Below are positions 10,526 to 19,504 of a DNA stretch of 64,000 bases, piece by piece. The DNA is from Candidatus Latescibacterota bacterium (GTDB lineage: Bacteria > Latescibacterota > UBA2968 > UBA8231). The notes beneath the pieces were generated by a model. It saw only the letters and a list, made by a program, of their open reading frames with translations, was not told the origin of the DNA and did no database searches. The translations under genes were made by a program, and so were the position numbers. The stretch lies in contig OZ220089.1 in assembly GCA_964291625.2 (NCBI GenBank), forward strand, positions 1,408,001-1,472,000, given 5' to 3'. Positions within the stretch are counted from its first letter, which is position 1. Every line of letters begins with the position of its first letter.

Positions 10526-12262
10526 GTGGACTACAAGGAAACCTTGACCAGACCTGCACTTGTCGCAGCTGTCTTTCTGGCTCTCCACGTACTTCCCCTC
10601 CTCTGGAGGCCCAACCCTCTGTGGGGCGCGGATCTCCTCTTCTACCATGCCCCATTGTACCGGGGCATCTTCATTCTGCTCGCTGTCCTGCTGTTCATCC
10701 CCGCCATCCGGAGCCGAGTCCAGGGTATTGCTCGAACCCTTCCGCTCTCCCCCTGGGAGTCGGGACGTAGTGCCTGGCTCATCAAGGCCCTGGTCCTGCT
10801 CATCGCGCTCGCCGTCTTCGTCGCCCTGCGTTCGGCCTGCCATCTTCTGGGCGATGGTTACCTCCTTCTGCGGGACTTGGACGCAGGCATCCTGCAGCCC
10901 ACCCACCGAGCGCCATTTACCTTCGTCCTTGTTCGCTTCCTGCACAGCACCGGGGGCCCACTCTGGGAGACTGCTGAGAACACCTACCGAACTTACAGCT
11001 ACGTCTCCGGCGCCATCTACGTTCTGATCGCCTTCCCCGTTGCCGGTACCCTCGGCAAGACCCCTCTGAAGAAGTCCATCGTCCTGGCCTTCCTGTTGAC
11101 CGGCGGGTTCCTGCAACTCTTCTCCGGCTATGTGGAGAACTACGCCCTCTACATGCCGGGCATCCTCCTCTACCTTCTTCTGGGCATGCGAGTCCTCGAG
11201 AACCGCATGTCCATCTACGTTCCCGCGCTCTTGCTGAGCTTGCTTGTCAACCTTCATCTCGCTCTTGCCCTCTTTAGCCCGTCCCTGCTCATGCTCGTCT
11301 ATCGCAACTACTGCAACAAGCGGGGTCTCGGTCCACGCTGGAGAAACTGGCTCTCTACTGCGACGGCAGTATGTGTGGTCCCGCTGGGGGCGGCACTCTT
11401 TCTCTGGCTCTCCGGCGTTGAGTTCCTGGCCTACTTGGGACGCGCTGGTGACAGCCATCTCCTGCCCGTTCTTGCACAACCTGACTTTCGCGATCCTTAC
11501 CGCCTCTTCTCCCTGTCTCACCTCCTCGACTTTCTCAACCTGCAACTACTAGCCGCCCCTGCCGCGTGCATGGCCCTCTTCCTGCTCGGCAAGAGATCCT
11601 TCGGCCATCACCCCTTCCTTCTCTCCGCCGCGGCTTTCCCCCTGCTCTTCACCTTTCTCGCCAACCCCGAAATTGGTGCCTTCCGAGACTGGGACATTCT
11701 CGCCCTCCCGGCCCTGCCGCTCACGCTCTGGGCAGCCTCCGCGCTCCTTTCACGAATGCGTGATCCGAACAGCGCTTTCCAGGCGGCCTTCCTCATCTGC
11801 GGTGCTGCCGCCCTGCACAGTCTCATGTGGATCGGTCTGAATGCCAGTCCCACGGCCGCCGAGACCCGATACGCCCACCTCATGGACAGACTCACTGGCC
11901 ATGCGGCCTCCTATGGATGGGAAACGCTGGGAAGCTACTACCACCTGCAGGACAACCCAGGATCCGCCCTCAACGCCTACCAGCGCGCCCTCGACGCCAA
12001 CCCGGACAACCCTCGGCACTGGTTGGCTGTCGGATACAGCCGTTACATCATGGGGCAGTACGAAGAGTCAATTCGGTTCTTCCGGAGAGCCGTGGAGATC
12101 AACCCCAACCTACCAAAGGCCCACCTCAATTTGGGCATGGCCTATCGGGCGCTGAAGCGCATGGAAGAAGCCAGATCAAGCCTTGCAAGAGTCCTGGAGC
12201 TCGATCCCGACAATCCTCAGGCAGAAAGGATCCGACGATTCCTCGCGAAGCACAGGAAATAG
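10526..12262 (+). CDS. Multi-pass membrane protein with C-terminal TPR repeats
   Basis: Many hydrophobic segments followed by TPR motifs (AYQRALDANPDN, AHLNLGMAY). Confidence 0.85.
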   Translation: MDYKETLTRPALVAAVFLALHVLPLLWRPNPLWGADLLFYHAPLYRGIFILLAVLLFIPAIRSRVQGIARTLPLSPWESGRSAWLIKALVLLIALAVFVALRSACHLLGDGYLLLRDLDAGILQPTHRAPFTFVLVRFLHSTGGPLWETAENTYRTYSYVSGAIYVLIAFPVAGTLGKTPLKKSIVLAFLLTGGFLQLFSGYVENYALYMPGILLYLLLGMRVLENRMSIYVPALLLSLLVNLHLALALFSPSLLMLVYRNYCNKRGLGPRWRNWLSTATAVCVVPLGAALFLWLSGVEFLAYLGRAGDSHLLPVLAQPDFRDPYRLFSLSHLLDFLNLQLLAAPAACMALFLLGKRSFGHHPFLLSAAAFPLLFTFLANPEIGAFRDWDILALPALPLTLWAASALLSRMRDPNSAFQAAFLICGAAALHSLMWIGLNASPTAAETRYAHLMDRLTGHAASYGWETLGSYYHLQDNPGSALNAYQRALDANPDNPRHWLAVGYSRYIMGQYEESIRFFRRAVEINPNLPKAHLNLGMAYRALKRMEEARSSLARVLELDPDNPQAERIRRFLAKHRK

Positions 12263-12290
12263 TGTGCCCAGAGGGACTTGGGATTCCCCA

Positions 12291-14387
12291 ATGAACCCCC
12301 CACCCCTCCAGTCCGCCCTCGAAGCCGTCGAAGCCGGCGATCCCGAGGCCCTCCGCCCCCTGCTGGAGGCCGACCCCTCCCTCGTGAACACCCCTCTTCA
12401 GCACGACGGCCGCACCCGGAGACCCCTGCCGACGCTGCTGCACCGGGCCGCCCTCGGCTGGCGCGAAGCCGAGCTGCGGGTGGCGCAGCTGCTGATCGAT
12501 CACGGCGCCGACGTGAACAGCACGGAGGGCGGGTCCCTGGCGCCGCTGGAGATGGCCGCCTGGTCGCGGCATCCGGGAATGGCGGAGCTTCTGATCGCCA
12601 ACGGCGCCGACGTGGAACTGCACGTCGAGGTGCCGCCGGTGGAGGTGGCCGTCCTCTACCAGAGGAGGGAGATCTTCAAGCTCCTCATCGCGGCGGGCGC
12701 CAGGTACGACATCTCCCACACCCTGCGCCTGGGCATGATGGCGGAGACGCGGGCCCTGCTCGCGGCCGACCCGGCCATCGCCAACATCGAGACCGACCAC
12801 GGGCTGCCGCTGAACCTGGCCGTGGGCCGACCCGGCATCTTCAAGCTGCTGCTGCGGCACGGGGCGGACATCCACGCCGAGGACTCCCTCGGCCTGACGC
12901 CGTTGAAGGCGGCGCGGACCCCGAAGAGCGACAAGGAGGTCCAGGCCCTGCTGGAGATGGGGGTCGAGGACGACATCTACGGGGCCCTGGCGGCCGGCGA
13001 AGAGGCCCGGGTCGAGGCGATCCTGAAGGCCGACCCGTCGCAGGCGCGGCCGGTGGGCTGCTGGCCGCGACGGGGGCCGATCCCGCCCGTGATCTGGGCG
13101 GTCTGGTCCGGCTCGACGCGCATCCTGGAGTTGATCCTGGAGCAGGACGTGCCTCTCGACATCCGGCCGAACCCGCTCAACACGGCGATCTCCTACGGAT
13201 ACGACGAGATGGCGCGCATGCTGCTGGAAGAGGGGGCCTCGCCCGAGTGCGCGGACCCCTCCGACTGGCCGGGGGCCTCCACCTACCCGGCGGACCCCCC
13301 TCTCGGCCTGGTGCCGGCGCCGCCCCGGCCCCACGTGCCGCTCTACAAGGCCCTGCGCGGGGGCACCATCGCCGCCGTGGAGATGCTCCTGGAGGGCGGC
13401 GCGGACCCGAACTGCACCCTTACCAACTGGTCCGGCCTTCAGTGGCCGGCGCGAGCCGGCAATCTGCAGCGGGTGAAGCTCCTGCTCGACCGGGGCGGCG
13501 ATCCGTCGAGCCCCTGCGCCGAGAGTGCCCTTCGCCTGGCGGTGCAGCTGTGCCGGCGGCCGATGATCGAGCTGCTCGTCACCCACGGCGTCGACATCGA
13601 CACGATCGACGCGGACGGCCGGGGCCTGCCCGACATGGTGGGCAAGTCCGACGGGCGACCGCGCCGCCCGGAGCGTGTCCTGAGGACCGCCTTGCTGGAG
13701 GAGCTGATGGGCCTCGTCCACGGGTCCGGGCGGGAGGCCCGTCTCCTGCGGTTGCGGGGCGACCTGGTGGACGCGGTCATCGAGGGCCGGACCGGCGACC
13801 TGCGCGCCGTGCAGGCCGAGGCGCCCGAGTTGTTCGAGCGGGAGCTGGTCCGCGACGAGCTGTTTCACTGGGCCGCCAGCCGGGGTCACGGCCACGTGGT
13901 CGACCTGCTGGTGGAGCTGGGCGCGCCCATGACGATCAGCGTCGCCGCGGCCCTCGGGCGGGTGGAGCTGGTCGACTCCACGTTGAAGGCGGACCCGTCC
14001 CTGGTGGAGGGGCGGCTGACGCCCGGGGAGACCGACTGGAACAAGCACCTGCCCTGGCACCAGCACTCGCCCCTCATCGTCGCCGCCATGAACGACCGCG
14101 CGGAGGTGGCGGCGCTGCTGCTGCACCGCGGCGCCGGGATCGACCGCCAGGTCGGCTGGTACCAGAACACGGCCCTGCACCACGCCGTGGACAGCGAGTC
14201 CACCCAGACCGTCAGGCTCTTGCTGGAAAAGGGCGCGGACGTCAATATCCGCAGCCGCGATCACCACCTGCCCACGGCCCTGGTCAAGAACTGGCCGCCC
14301 TCCGTCTCGCGCCGCGAGATCAGCGACCTGCTCGTCGCCCACGGGGCCAACCCCCAGGAACTACCCACCCACGGAGCAAGTGAATGA
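12291..14387 (+). CDS. Ankyrin repeat protein (paralog B)
   Basis: Collinear and highly similar to 7242-9395. Confidence 0.85.
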   Translation: MNPPPLQSALEAVEAGDPEALRPLLEADPSLVNTPLQHDGRTRRPLPTLLHRAALGWREAELRVAQLLIDHGADVNSTEGGSLAPLEMAAWSRHPGMAELLIANGADVELHVEVPPVEVAVLYQRREIFKLLIAAGARYDISHTLRLGMMAETRALLAADPAIANIETDHGLPLNLAVGRPGIFKLLLRHGADIHAEDSLGLTPLKAARTPKSDKEVQALLEMGVEDDIYGALAAGEEARVEAILKADPSQARPVGCWPRRGPIPPVIWAVWSGSTRILELILEQDVPLDIRPNPLNTAISYGYDEMARMLLEEGASPECADPSDWPGASTYPADPPLGLVPAPPRPHVPLYKALRGGTIAAVEMLLEGGADPNCTLTNWSGLQWPARAGNLQRVKLLLDRGGDPSSPCAESALRLAVQLCRRPMIELLVTHGVDIDTIDADGRGLPDMVGKSDGRPRRPERVLRTALLEELMGLVHGSGREARLLRLRGDLVDAVIEGRTGDLRAVQAEAPELFERELVRDELFHWAASRGHGHVVDLLVELGAPMTISVAAALGRVELVDSTLKADPSLVEGRLTPGETDWNKHLPWHQHSPLIVAAMNDRAEVAALLLHRGAGIDRQVGWYQNTALHHAVDSESTQTVRLLLEKGADVNIRSRDHHLPTALVKNWPPSVSRREISDLLVAHGANPQELPTHGASE

Positions 14388-16351
14388 CACGCAAGATCTA
14401 CGCTTTCGGCATGGACGGCTTCATCGTCCCCATGATGAAGCGCTTCGCCGCCGAGGGGGCCGTGCCCCACTTCGAGCGCATGCTGCGGGAGGGGGCGGTC
14501 AACCAGACCCTGCCCTCCTTCCCGGTGTGGACCCCCACTAACTGGGCGACCCTGTCCACCGGCGCCCACACCGGCACCCACGGGGTGACCCGCTGGCGCG
14601 TGGAGGTCGAGCCGGGGCGGCGCATCGACAGCTTCGACGGGCGGGCCAACAACGCCGAGCGCATCTGGAACGCCCTCGAACGGGCCGGGATGACGAGCGT
14701 GGCCGTCCACTACCCGGGGGCCCATCCCTCCGGCGTGGAGAAGGGCTTCGTGGTCGACGGCTTCGGCCACCCCAGCCACCGGCGCACCGACTTCGAGGTG
14801 GCTACGTGCCAGGCCTACACGACCGAGGCGGAGCTGGCCGCCGAGATCGAGATGGACCACGACGGCACGGCCGTGCGCGCGGCCCAGAGCGGGGTCGAGC
14901 CGATCCCGCCCCTGAAGCCGGCGCAAGGGTGGAGCAACCTGCCCGACAGCCACGCGCCGCCCCTGGAGAGCCGCATCGAGGTGGAGGCCCGCCTCGGCGG
15001 CGACGTGACCGCCTTCGAGCTGCTGGCCGTGGACGGCGGCGGACGCGGGTACGACCGGGTGCTCGTCTGCCGGGGTCGGGACGGCGGCCGCCGCGTCGCG
15101 CAGGCGCGGGTCGGCGAGTGGAGCGAGTGGGCGCTGGAGGAGTTCGCCATCGACGGCGGCCGGCAGCGGGCCTCGGTCCGCTTCAAGCTGATGGAGCTGG
15201 CCCCGGACGGCAGCCGGCTCAAGCTCTACCGCACCCAGGCGACCTTCGCCGACGGCTTCACCGTGCCCGACGACCTGGCCGGGGAGCTGATCGAGCGCTT
15301 CGGCCCCTACCAGGAGCACGCCTCCATGCTGCCCTACACGGCGGGCATGGCCGACTTCGACACGGCCCTGGAGGAGTGCGAGTACCAGGGCCTGTGGTTC
15401 GCCGAGGTCGCCCGCTACATGCTGCGCGAGCGGGGCTGCTCCTTCTTCATCTGCCACTGGCACCTCTACGACTACCTCAACCACATCCACCTCGGCGACG
15501 TCGACCCCGTCTGCCCCGGGTACGACGCGGACAAGGCGGACGAGTACCTCGACTGTTTCCGGCGCGCCTACCAGGTGGGCGACCGCATCCTCGGCCGCCT
15601 CTGGGAGGATGCCGACGACCGGACCTTCGTGGGCGTCCTCTCCGACCACGGCTGCTCCCCCGACGTGCGCGTGGCCAACATCCGCCAGTTCCTCCACGAG
15701 CGCGGCTTCCTGGCCCTCGCGGGCGGCCAGGAGAACCTGGTGCGCGACCAGGTCCGCGAGGAGGACATCGACTGGGAGCGCACCCGGGCCTACCTGAAGG
15801 ACGACAAGGGCTTCGACATCTTCATCAACGCCGAGCCCGGGCCCGAGTTCGACCGCATCGAGGCGGAGCTGCTGCTGGCCCTGCGCACCTGGGTCGACGA
15901 GGAGGTGGGGCGCAACCCCGTGGCCATCGCACTGCCCCGGCGCGACGCCTGGATCCTCGGCCAGTGGGGGGACCAGTGCGGCGACGTGGTCTTCGCCTGG
16001 GACCACGGCTACGTGAGCGGTTACTACGGCCAGTGGCGGGGCATCGCCGGCGACGCCAGCGTCGGTGCGCCCAACGTGTACGGCGCCCACCACGGCGGCT
16101 TCCTGCCGACCCAGAGCCGGGACTCCTCCAGCTTCGGCTCGTGGCTGCTGGCGGGACCCGGCGTCAAGGCGGGCTACGAGCGCCCGGCGGAGAAGCTCGG
16201 CTACATCCACGCCGCCGACGTGGTCCCCACCTTCTGCCACCTGCTGGGTGCCGAGGCCCCGCGCCAGTCCCAGGGCACGGTGGCGCGGGACCTGCTTCAG
16301 GGGTTCGAGATGGAGCGGGAGCGGGAGTCCCGCGGGCCTGGCGAGCCTTGA
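14384..16351 (+). CDS. Alkaline phosphatase superfamily (nucleotide pyrophosphatase/phosphodiesterase) protein
   Basis: GMDG, PVWTPTNWATLSTG, SDHG, DVVPT motifs. Confidence 0.85.
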   Translation: MTRKIYAFGMDGFIVPMMKRFAAEGAVPHFERMLREGAVNQTLPSFPVWTPTNWATLSTGAHTGTHGVTRWRVEVEPGRRIDSFDGRANNAERIWNALERAGMTSVAVHYPGAHPSGVEKGFVVDGFGHPSHRRTDFEVATCQAYTTEAELAAEIEMDHDGTAVRAAQSGVEPIPPLKPAQGWSNLPDSHAPPLESRIEVEARLGGDVTAFELLAVDGGGRGYDRVLVCRGRDGGRRVAQARVGEWSEWALEEFAIDGGRQRASVRFKLMELAPDGSRLKLYRTQATFADGFTVPDDLAGELIERFGPYQEHASMLPYTAGMADFDTALEECEYQGLWFAEVARYMLRERGCSFFICHWHLYDYLNHIHLGDVDPVCPGYDADKADEYLDCFRRAYQVGDRILGRLWEDADDRTFVGVLSDHGCSPDVRVANIRQFLHERGFLALAGGQENLVRDQVREEDIDWERTRAYLKDDKGFDIFINAEPGPEFDRIEAELLLALRTWVDEEVGRNPVAIALPRRDAWILGQWGDQCGDVVFAWDHGYVSGYYGQWRGIAGDASVGAPNVYGAHHGGFLPTQSRDSSSFGSWLLAGPGVKAGYERPAEKLGYIHAADVVPTFCHLLGAEAPRQSQGTVARDLLQGFEMERERESRGPGEP

Positions 16352-16394
16352 ATCCCGCAGCCCCCAAGCTGAACCCTACTATGCGGCGGGACCC

Positions 16395-16434
16395 TTGACA
16401 TGACTTCACCGCACGGTTACGCTGTAGCTACAGC
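16395..16434 (+). promoter_or_regulatory. Sigma70 promoter and palindromic operator of dinJ
   Basis: TTGACA-17 bp-TACGCT; perfect palindrome GCTGTAGCTACAGC at 16421-16434 overlaps the -10. Confidence 0.75.
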
Positions 16435-16461
16435 AAAGCTACAAGAGGAGGCGAGTGCGGG

Positions 16462-16719
16462 ATGAGCACCGATACCGTTGTGAGGGCCCGGATCGACAGC
16501 GACACCAAGGCCCGCGCCACCGAAGCGCTGCAAGACATGGGCCTGTCGGTGTCCGACGCGATCCGCATGCTGCTGCTGCGCGTGGCGGAGGAGAAGCGGC
16601 TGCCCTTTGCCGTCCAGGTTCCCAACGCGACGACTGTCAAGGCCATGAAGGAGTTGCAGGAGGGCAGGGGGCAGCGATTCGACACTGCCGAGGAGTTGTT
16701 CCGAGACCTCGACATATGA
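16462..16719 (+). CDS. dinJ: RelB/DinJ family antitoxin
   Basis: VVRARID...GLSVSDAIRMLL...LPF...PNATT motif; GAGGAGG RBS. Confidence 0.9.
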   Translation: MSTDTVVRARIDSDTKARATEALQDMGLSVSDAIRMLLLRVAEEKRLPFAVQVPNATTVKAMKELQEGRGQRFDTAEELFRDLDI

Positions 16720-17242
16720 GGCCGGTGAGTAGACTGAGTGCCTGGAACGAACTGAGGCGGAAGCTAAAGCCACAGCAACTCCTTGCACTTGCAGAAAGCA
16801 GATCCGGATGGACTCCTTGAATTGCACCTAAATCCATGTGACCCATCACACGTTGCACTCCGTCTGTTCGGATACACTCGTCCCGTCTCTTCTATTCGAT
16901 CGCGCAGATCTCGCAATCCTTGTTCGACTCCTCGTTGAAGAGTTGGGGTCCCATGCAGGACCGGGACGTTCCTGATCTACTGCGTCGGCTGGCGGACGAT
17001 GTTGAGCGCCAGCAGTCTCCGTAGTCACGCTGTTCCCCTTCTTCGAATAGAGGGGATGGTGGTAGGGGCGGATAGCCCCTGCCACCTGAGCTGGGATTCC
17101 TAATGCACGAGGTAATACTGCATTTCGCTGGAGTCTGCGCAGAATGGGCTTTCAGGATCCCATGGCTGACAGGCATCCAGGCTGCCTCACCGGTCATAGG
17201 TATCGTGGTCGGCTGCGTCCTCTCCATAGTTGCGTTCCTGCA

Positions 17243-18661
17243 GGTCAAGTCCCGTTTCTAGTTGAAATGCACAGGTCCGGGTGAGTGTCAGCCCGCCTTC
17301 GCGAGCTGCTTGATGCCGAGTTCCGTCTGCAGAGCATGACGGAGGGTCGGCAGGTGGCGGTATCCGTTGATGCGGCGCAGGCGAGGCTCGATGTCGAGCA
17401 GGCCTGCGGCGACCCAGCGGTGTCGCTGGACGGAGTTGGTCCAGCGGCGCACGTTGCGCGTCAGCTGCCCCAGGAGGCTGTTGACGTTCTCGATGGGGTT
17501 GGTGGTGCGCAGGGACTTCAGCATCGGCATGAGACCAAGCCGGTGCAGCGTGAGCGTCTCCTCAAAGCCCTCCTCGAGGCTGGTCAGCGCCGACTGGTTC
17601 ATCAACTTCAGCCCGGGCTTGAGCGCCTCCAGGGCGGACTTGGCTTCTTCGTAGGTCGGCTTGGCGTAGGCCGCCTCCATCTTCCGACGGATACGCGCTT
17701 GCTCGCTCCTCGCCAGATACGACTGCACGTTCTGGCGCTTGTGATACTGGCAGCGCTGCACGCAGGCCTGGCCGGCCAGCACCGTGGTCACCGCCTTGTG
17801 GAGCCCCTTGCCGCCATCGAGCACGACCAGCAGGCCCGCCTGGTACTGCAACCCGCGATCGACCAAGTCCGTCAGGAAGCGTCGGCACACCCGCTCGTTC
17901 TCGGTGGCCGCCTGCACGAAGCCCAAAGGCACCTTCTGGCCGTCCAGGGTGATGCCGAGGGCGATGAGGATCTCCTCGTCGGCAAACGCCTTGCCGTCGA
18001 GGAAGAGCGCCACCAGGTCGTAGCCGTCCAGAGAGCGCTCCTGAAACTCGGCCAGCTTCCGCGCGGTGCCCTTCACGTAGCGCCGAGAGACCGACGAGCG
18101 GGACATGCCGAAGGCTTCCGGCACGGCCTCGGCGCAGGCCTCGTAGTTGCGGGTGGCAATGCCCTTCATCATGCGCAGCAGCAGCCCCTCGTCCAGCTGC
18201 CGAGGCGTCTGCAACGCCTGGTAGGCCTGCAGGGCCACCTCGGTGTCGGCCTCCACGTTGCGCACCCGGGGCACCGGCACCGGCAGCTTCTGGTCAGCCA
18301 GGTAGACCGAGCCTCGCTGGGAGCCCCAGCGCCGCAGCGGCTGACCCTCGGCGTTGCGCTGATACCGGGGCCCGGCCAGCGCCGCCACTTCCAGCTGCAG
18401 TTCCTCCATGACGGCCCTCAGTCCCAACGGGATCAGCAGTTGGATGGCCTCGATCCGGGCGTCCAACCCTTCGGTCAACGCCTCAGCGGCGGGGTTCGCG
18501 TTCCCCACTTCGATGCGCCCTTTGACGCGGCCTTTCCGGCCGGATAGCTTGCCCACGGCAGGCTCCTTTCTGTTGCCGGTGCGTGATACCCCCCCAGGGC
18601 ATCTTCGCACCAACGAAACGGTGGGAGCCTGTGCTATTTCAACTAAGATCGGGACATCCCC
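17243..18661 (-). mobile_element. IS256-family insertion sequence
   Basis: Imperfect terminal IRs (ggtcaagtcccgtttctagttgaaat / atttcaactaagatcgggacatcccc); 8-bp TSD TTCCTGCA at 17235-17242 and 18662-18669. Confidence 0.92.
17288..18556 (-). CDS. IS256 family transposase
   Basis: LFLDG, VVLDGGKG, QRCQYHK, TTNPIEN motifs; AAGGAG RBS before GTG. Confidence 0.92.
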   Translation of the reverse strand: MGKLSGRKGRVKGRIEVGNANPAAEALTEGLDARIEAIQLLIPLGLRAVMEELQLEVAALAGPRYQRNAEGQPLRRWGSQRGSVYLADQKLPVPVPRVRNVEADTEVALQAYQALQTPRQLDEGLLLRMMKGIATRNYEACAEAVPEAFGMSRSSVSRRYVKGTARKLAEFQERSLDGYDLVALFLDGKAFADEEILIALGITLDGQKVPLGFVQAATENERVCRRFLTDLVDRGLQYQAGLLVVLDGGKGLHKAVTTVLAGQACVQRCQYHKRQNVQSYLARSEQARIRRKMEAAYAKPTYEEAKSALEALKPGLKLMNQSALTSLEEGFEETLTLHRLGLMPMLKSLRTTNPIENVNSLLGQLTRNVRRWTNSVQRHRWVAAGLLDIEPRLRRINGYRHLPTLRHALQTELGIKQLAKAG

Positions 18662-19200
18662 TTCCTGCAATACAGGGTAGCCAAGGAGTTGAAGAATGTC
18701 CGATTGCGGTCCGATCGGCCTATTGTAAATGCTTACTGGGAAAGACACACAACTGGGTTGACGTTTGTGATAGAGAACGTCGGTAATCATCCCGCAAAGA
18801 GTGTACAGGTCGATTTCATAATCGCAGGCGGGGAGCGACTTGAGAACTCGGAATTGAGACGTAAACTGGCTGTGCTACCTGAGTCGTTGGAATATGGATA
18901 CACAGGATGTATCCCTCCCGGAAAGAGGCGGGCGTTTCCCTTTGCCTCTGAGATAGCGATACGTGATGCCATGACTCGCATGTATACTCCAGTGGAGGAA
19001 CGTCCGGTCCGAGGTGAATTCCCGGCAAGGGTTAGGCCGATATTTGTCAAAGTGGAGTACTTCGACGAATCCGGACAGAGATATACGCCTTACGATGGAG
19101 ACGAAGCCGATTCTCTGAATGTCCTGACAGGTGAGGGGATTTTCACCTCGGTCAGATGACGGGGGCGGTCATCGCGGTTGCCAAGACAAGTGTATTGTCC

Positions 19201-19473
19201 ATGCTGACTCCTATCCGCTCCTCGCAGTTCAAGCGCGATGTGCGACGGGCCGAGCGTCGAGGCAAGGACCTGACGAAACTTCGCTCATTTCTGGCGTCCC
19301 TGATCCACCAGGAGGCGTTGTCCGCGCGCTATCGCGACCATCCGCTACGGGGGATCTGGAGAGGTTACCGTGAGTCGCATTTCGAAGCGGACTGGCTCTT
19401 GATCTACCGCGTCCAGGGGGACGAGTTGCACTTGATCCGCACCGGGACGCACTCGGATCTCTTCAAAGAGTAG
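19201..19473 (+). CDS. yafQ: YafQ family mRNA interferase toxin
   Basis: QFKRD, DHPLRG.W.GYRESH, DWLLIY, RTGTHSDLF motifs. Confidence 0.92.
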   Translation: MLTPIRSSQFKRDVRRAERRGKDLTKLRSFLASLIHQEALSARYRDHPLRGIWRGYRESHFEADWLLIYRVQGDELHLIRTGTHSDLFKE

Positions 19474-19504
19474 CCCCGCGGCTCGGGTCTCTCTCTGACT
19501 TGAA

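Larger units (their letters stand above)
7315..14391 (+). repeat. ~2.1 kb direct duplication (about 7315-9399 and 12304-14391)
   Basis: Long near-identical DNA; both copies end GTGAATGACAC. Confidence 0.9.
17103..19159 (+). pseudogene. Membrane-anchored hypothetical protein interrupted by IS256
   Basis: Removing the IS and one TSD rejoins ...VLSIVAFLQ|YRVAKELKNVRLRSDRP in frame (209 aa, N-terminal TM helix). Confidence 0.7.

Noticed and set aside
12126-16398. Long antisense or alternative-frame ORFs (e.g. 12126-14342 -, 12278-14383 +, 14261-16240 -; similar ones at 21857, 25333, 47010, 50940)
   Set aside because: Shadow ORFs expected at high GC; they overlap well-supported genes and carry no motifs
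16716-17030. Short ORFs after dinJ (MRPVSRLSAW..., MQDRDVPDLL...)
   Set aside because: Under 35 aa with no recognisable motif; probably decayed sequence
18557-18790. N-terminal extension of the transposase in the ORF track
   Set aside because: Runs beyond the IS terminal repeat; the RBS supports GTG at 18556
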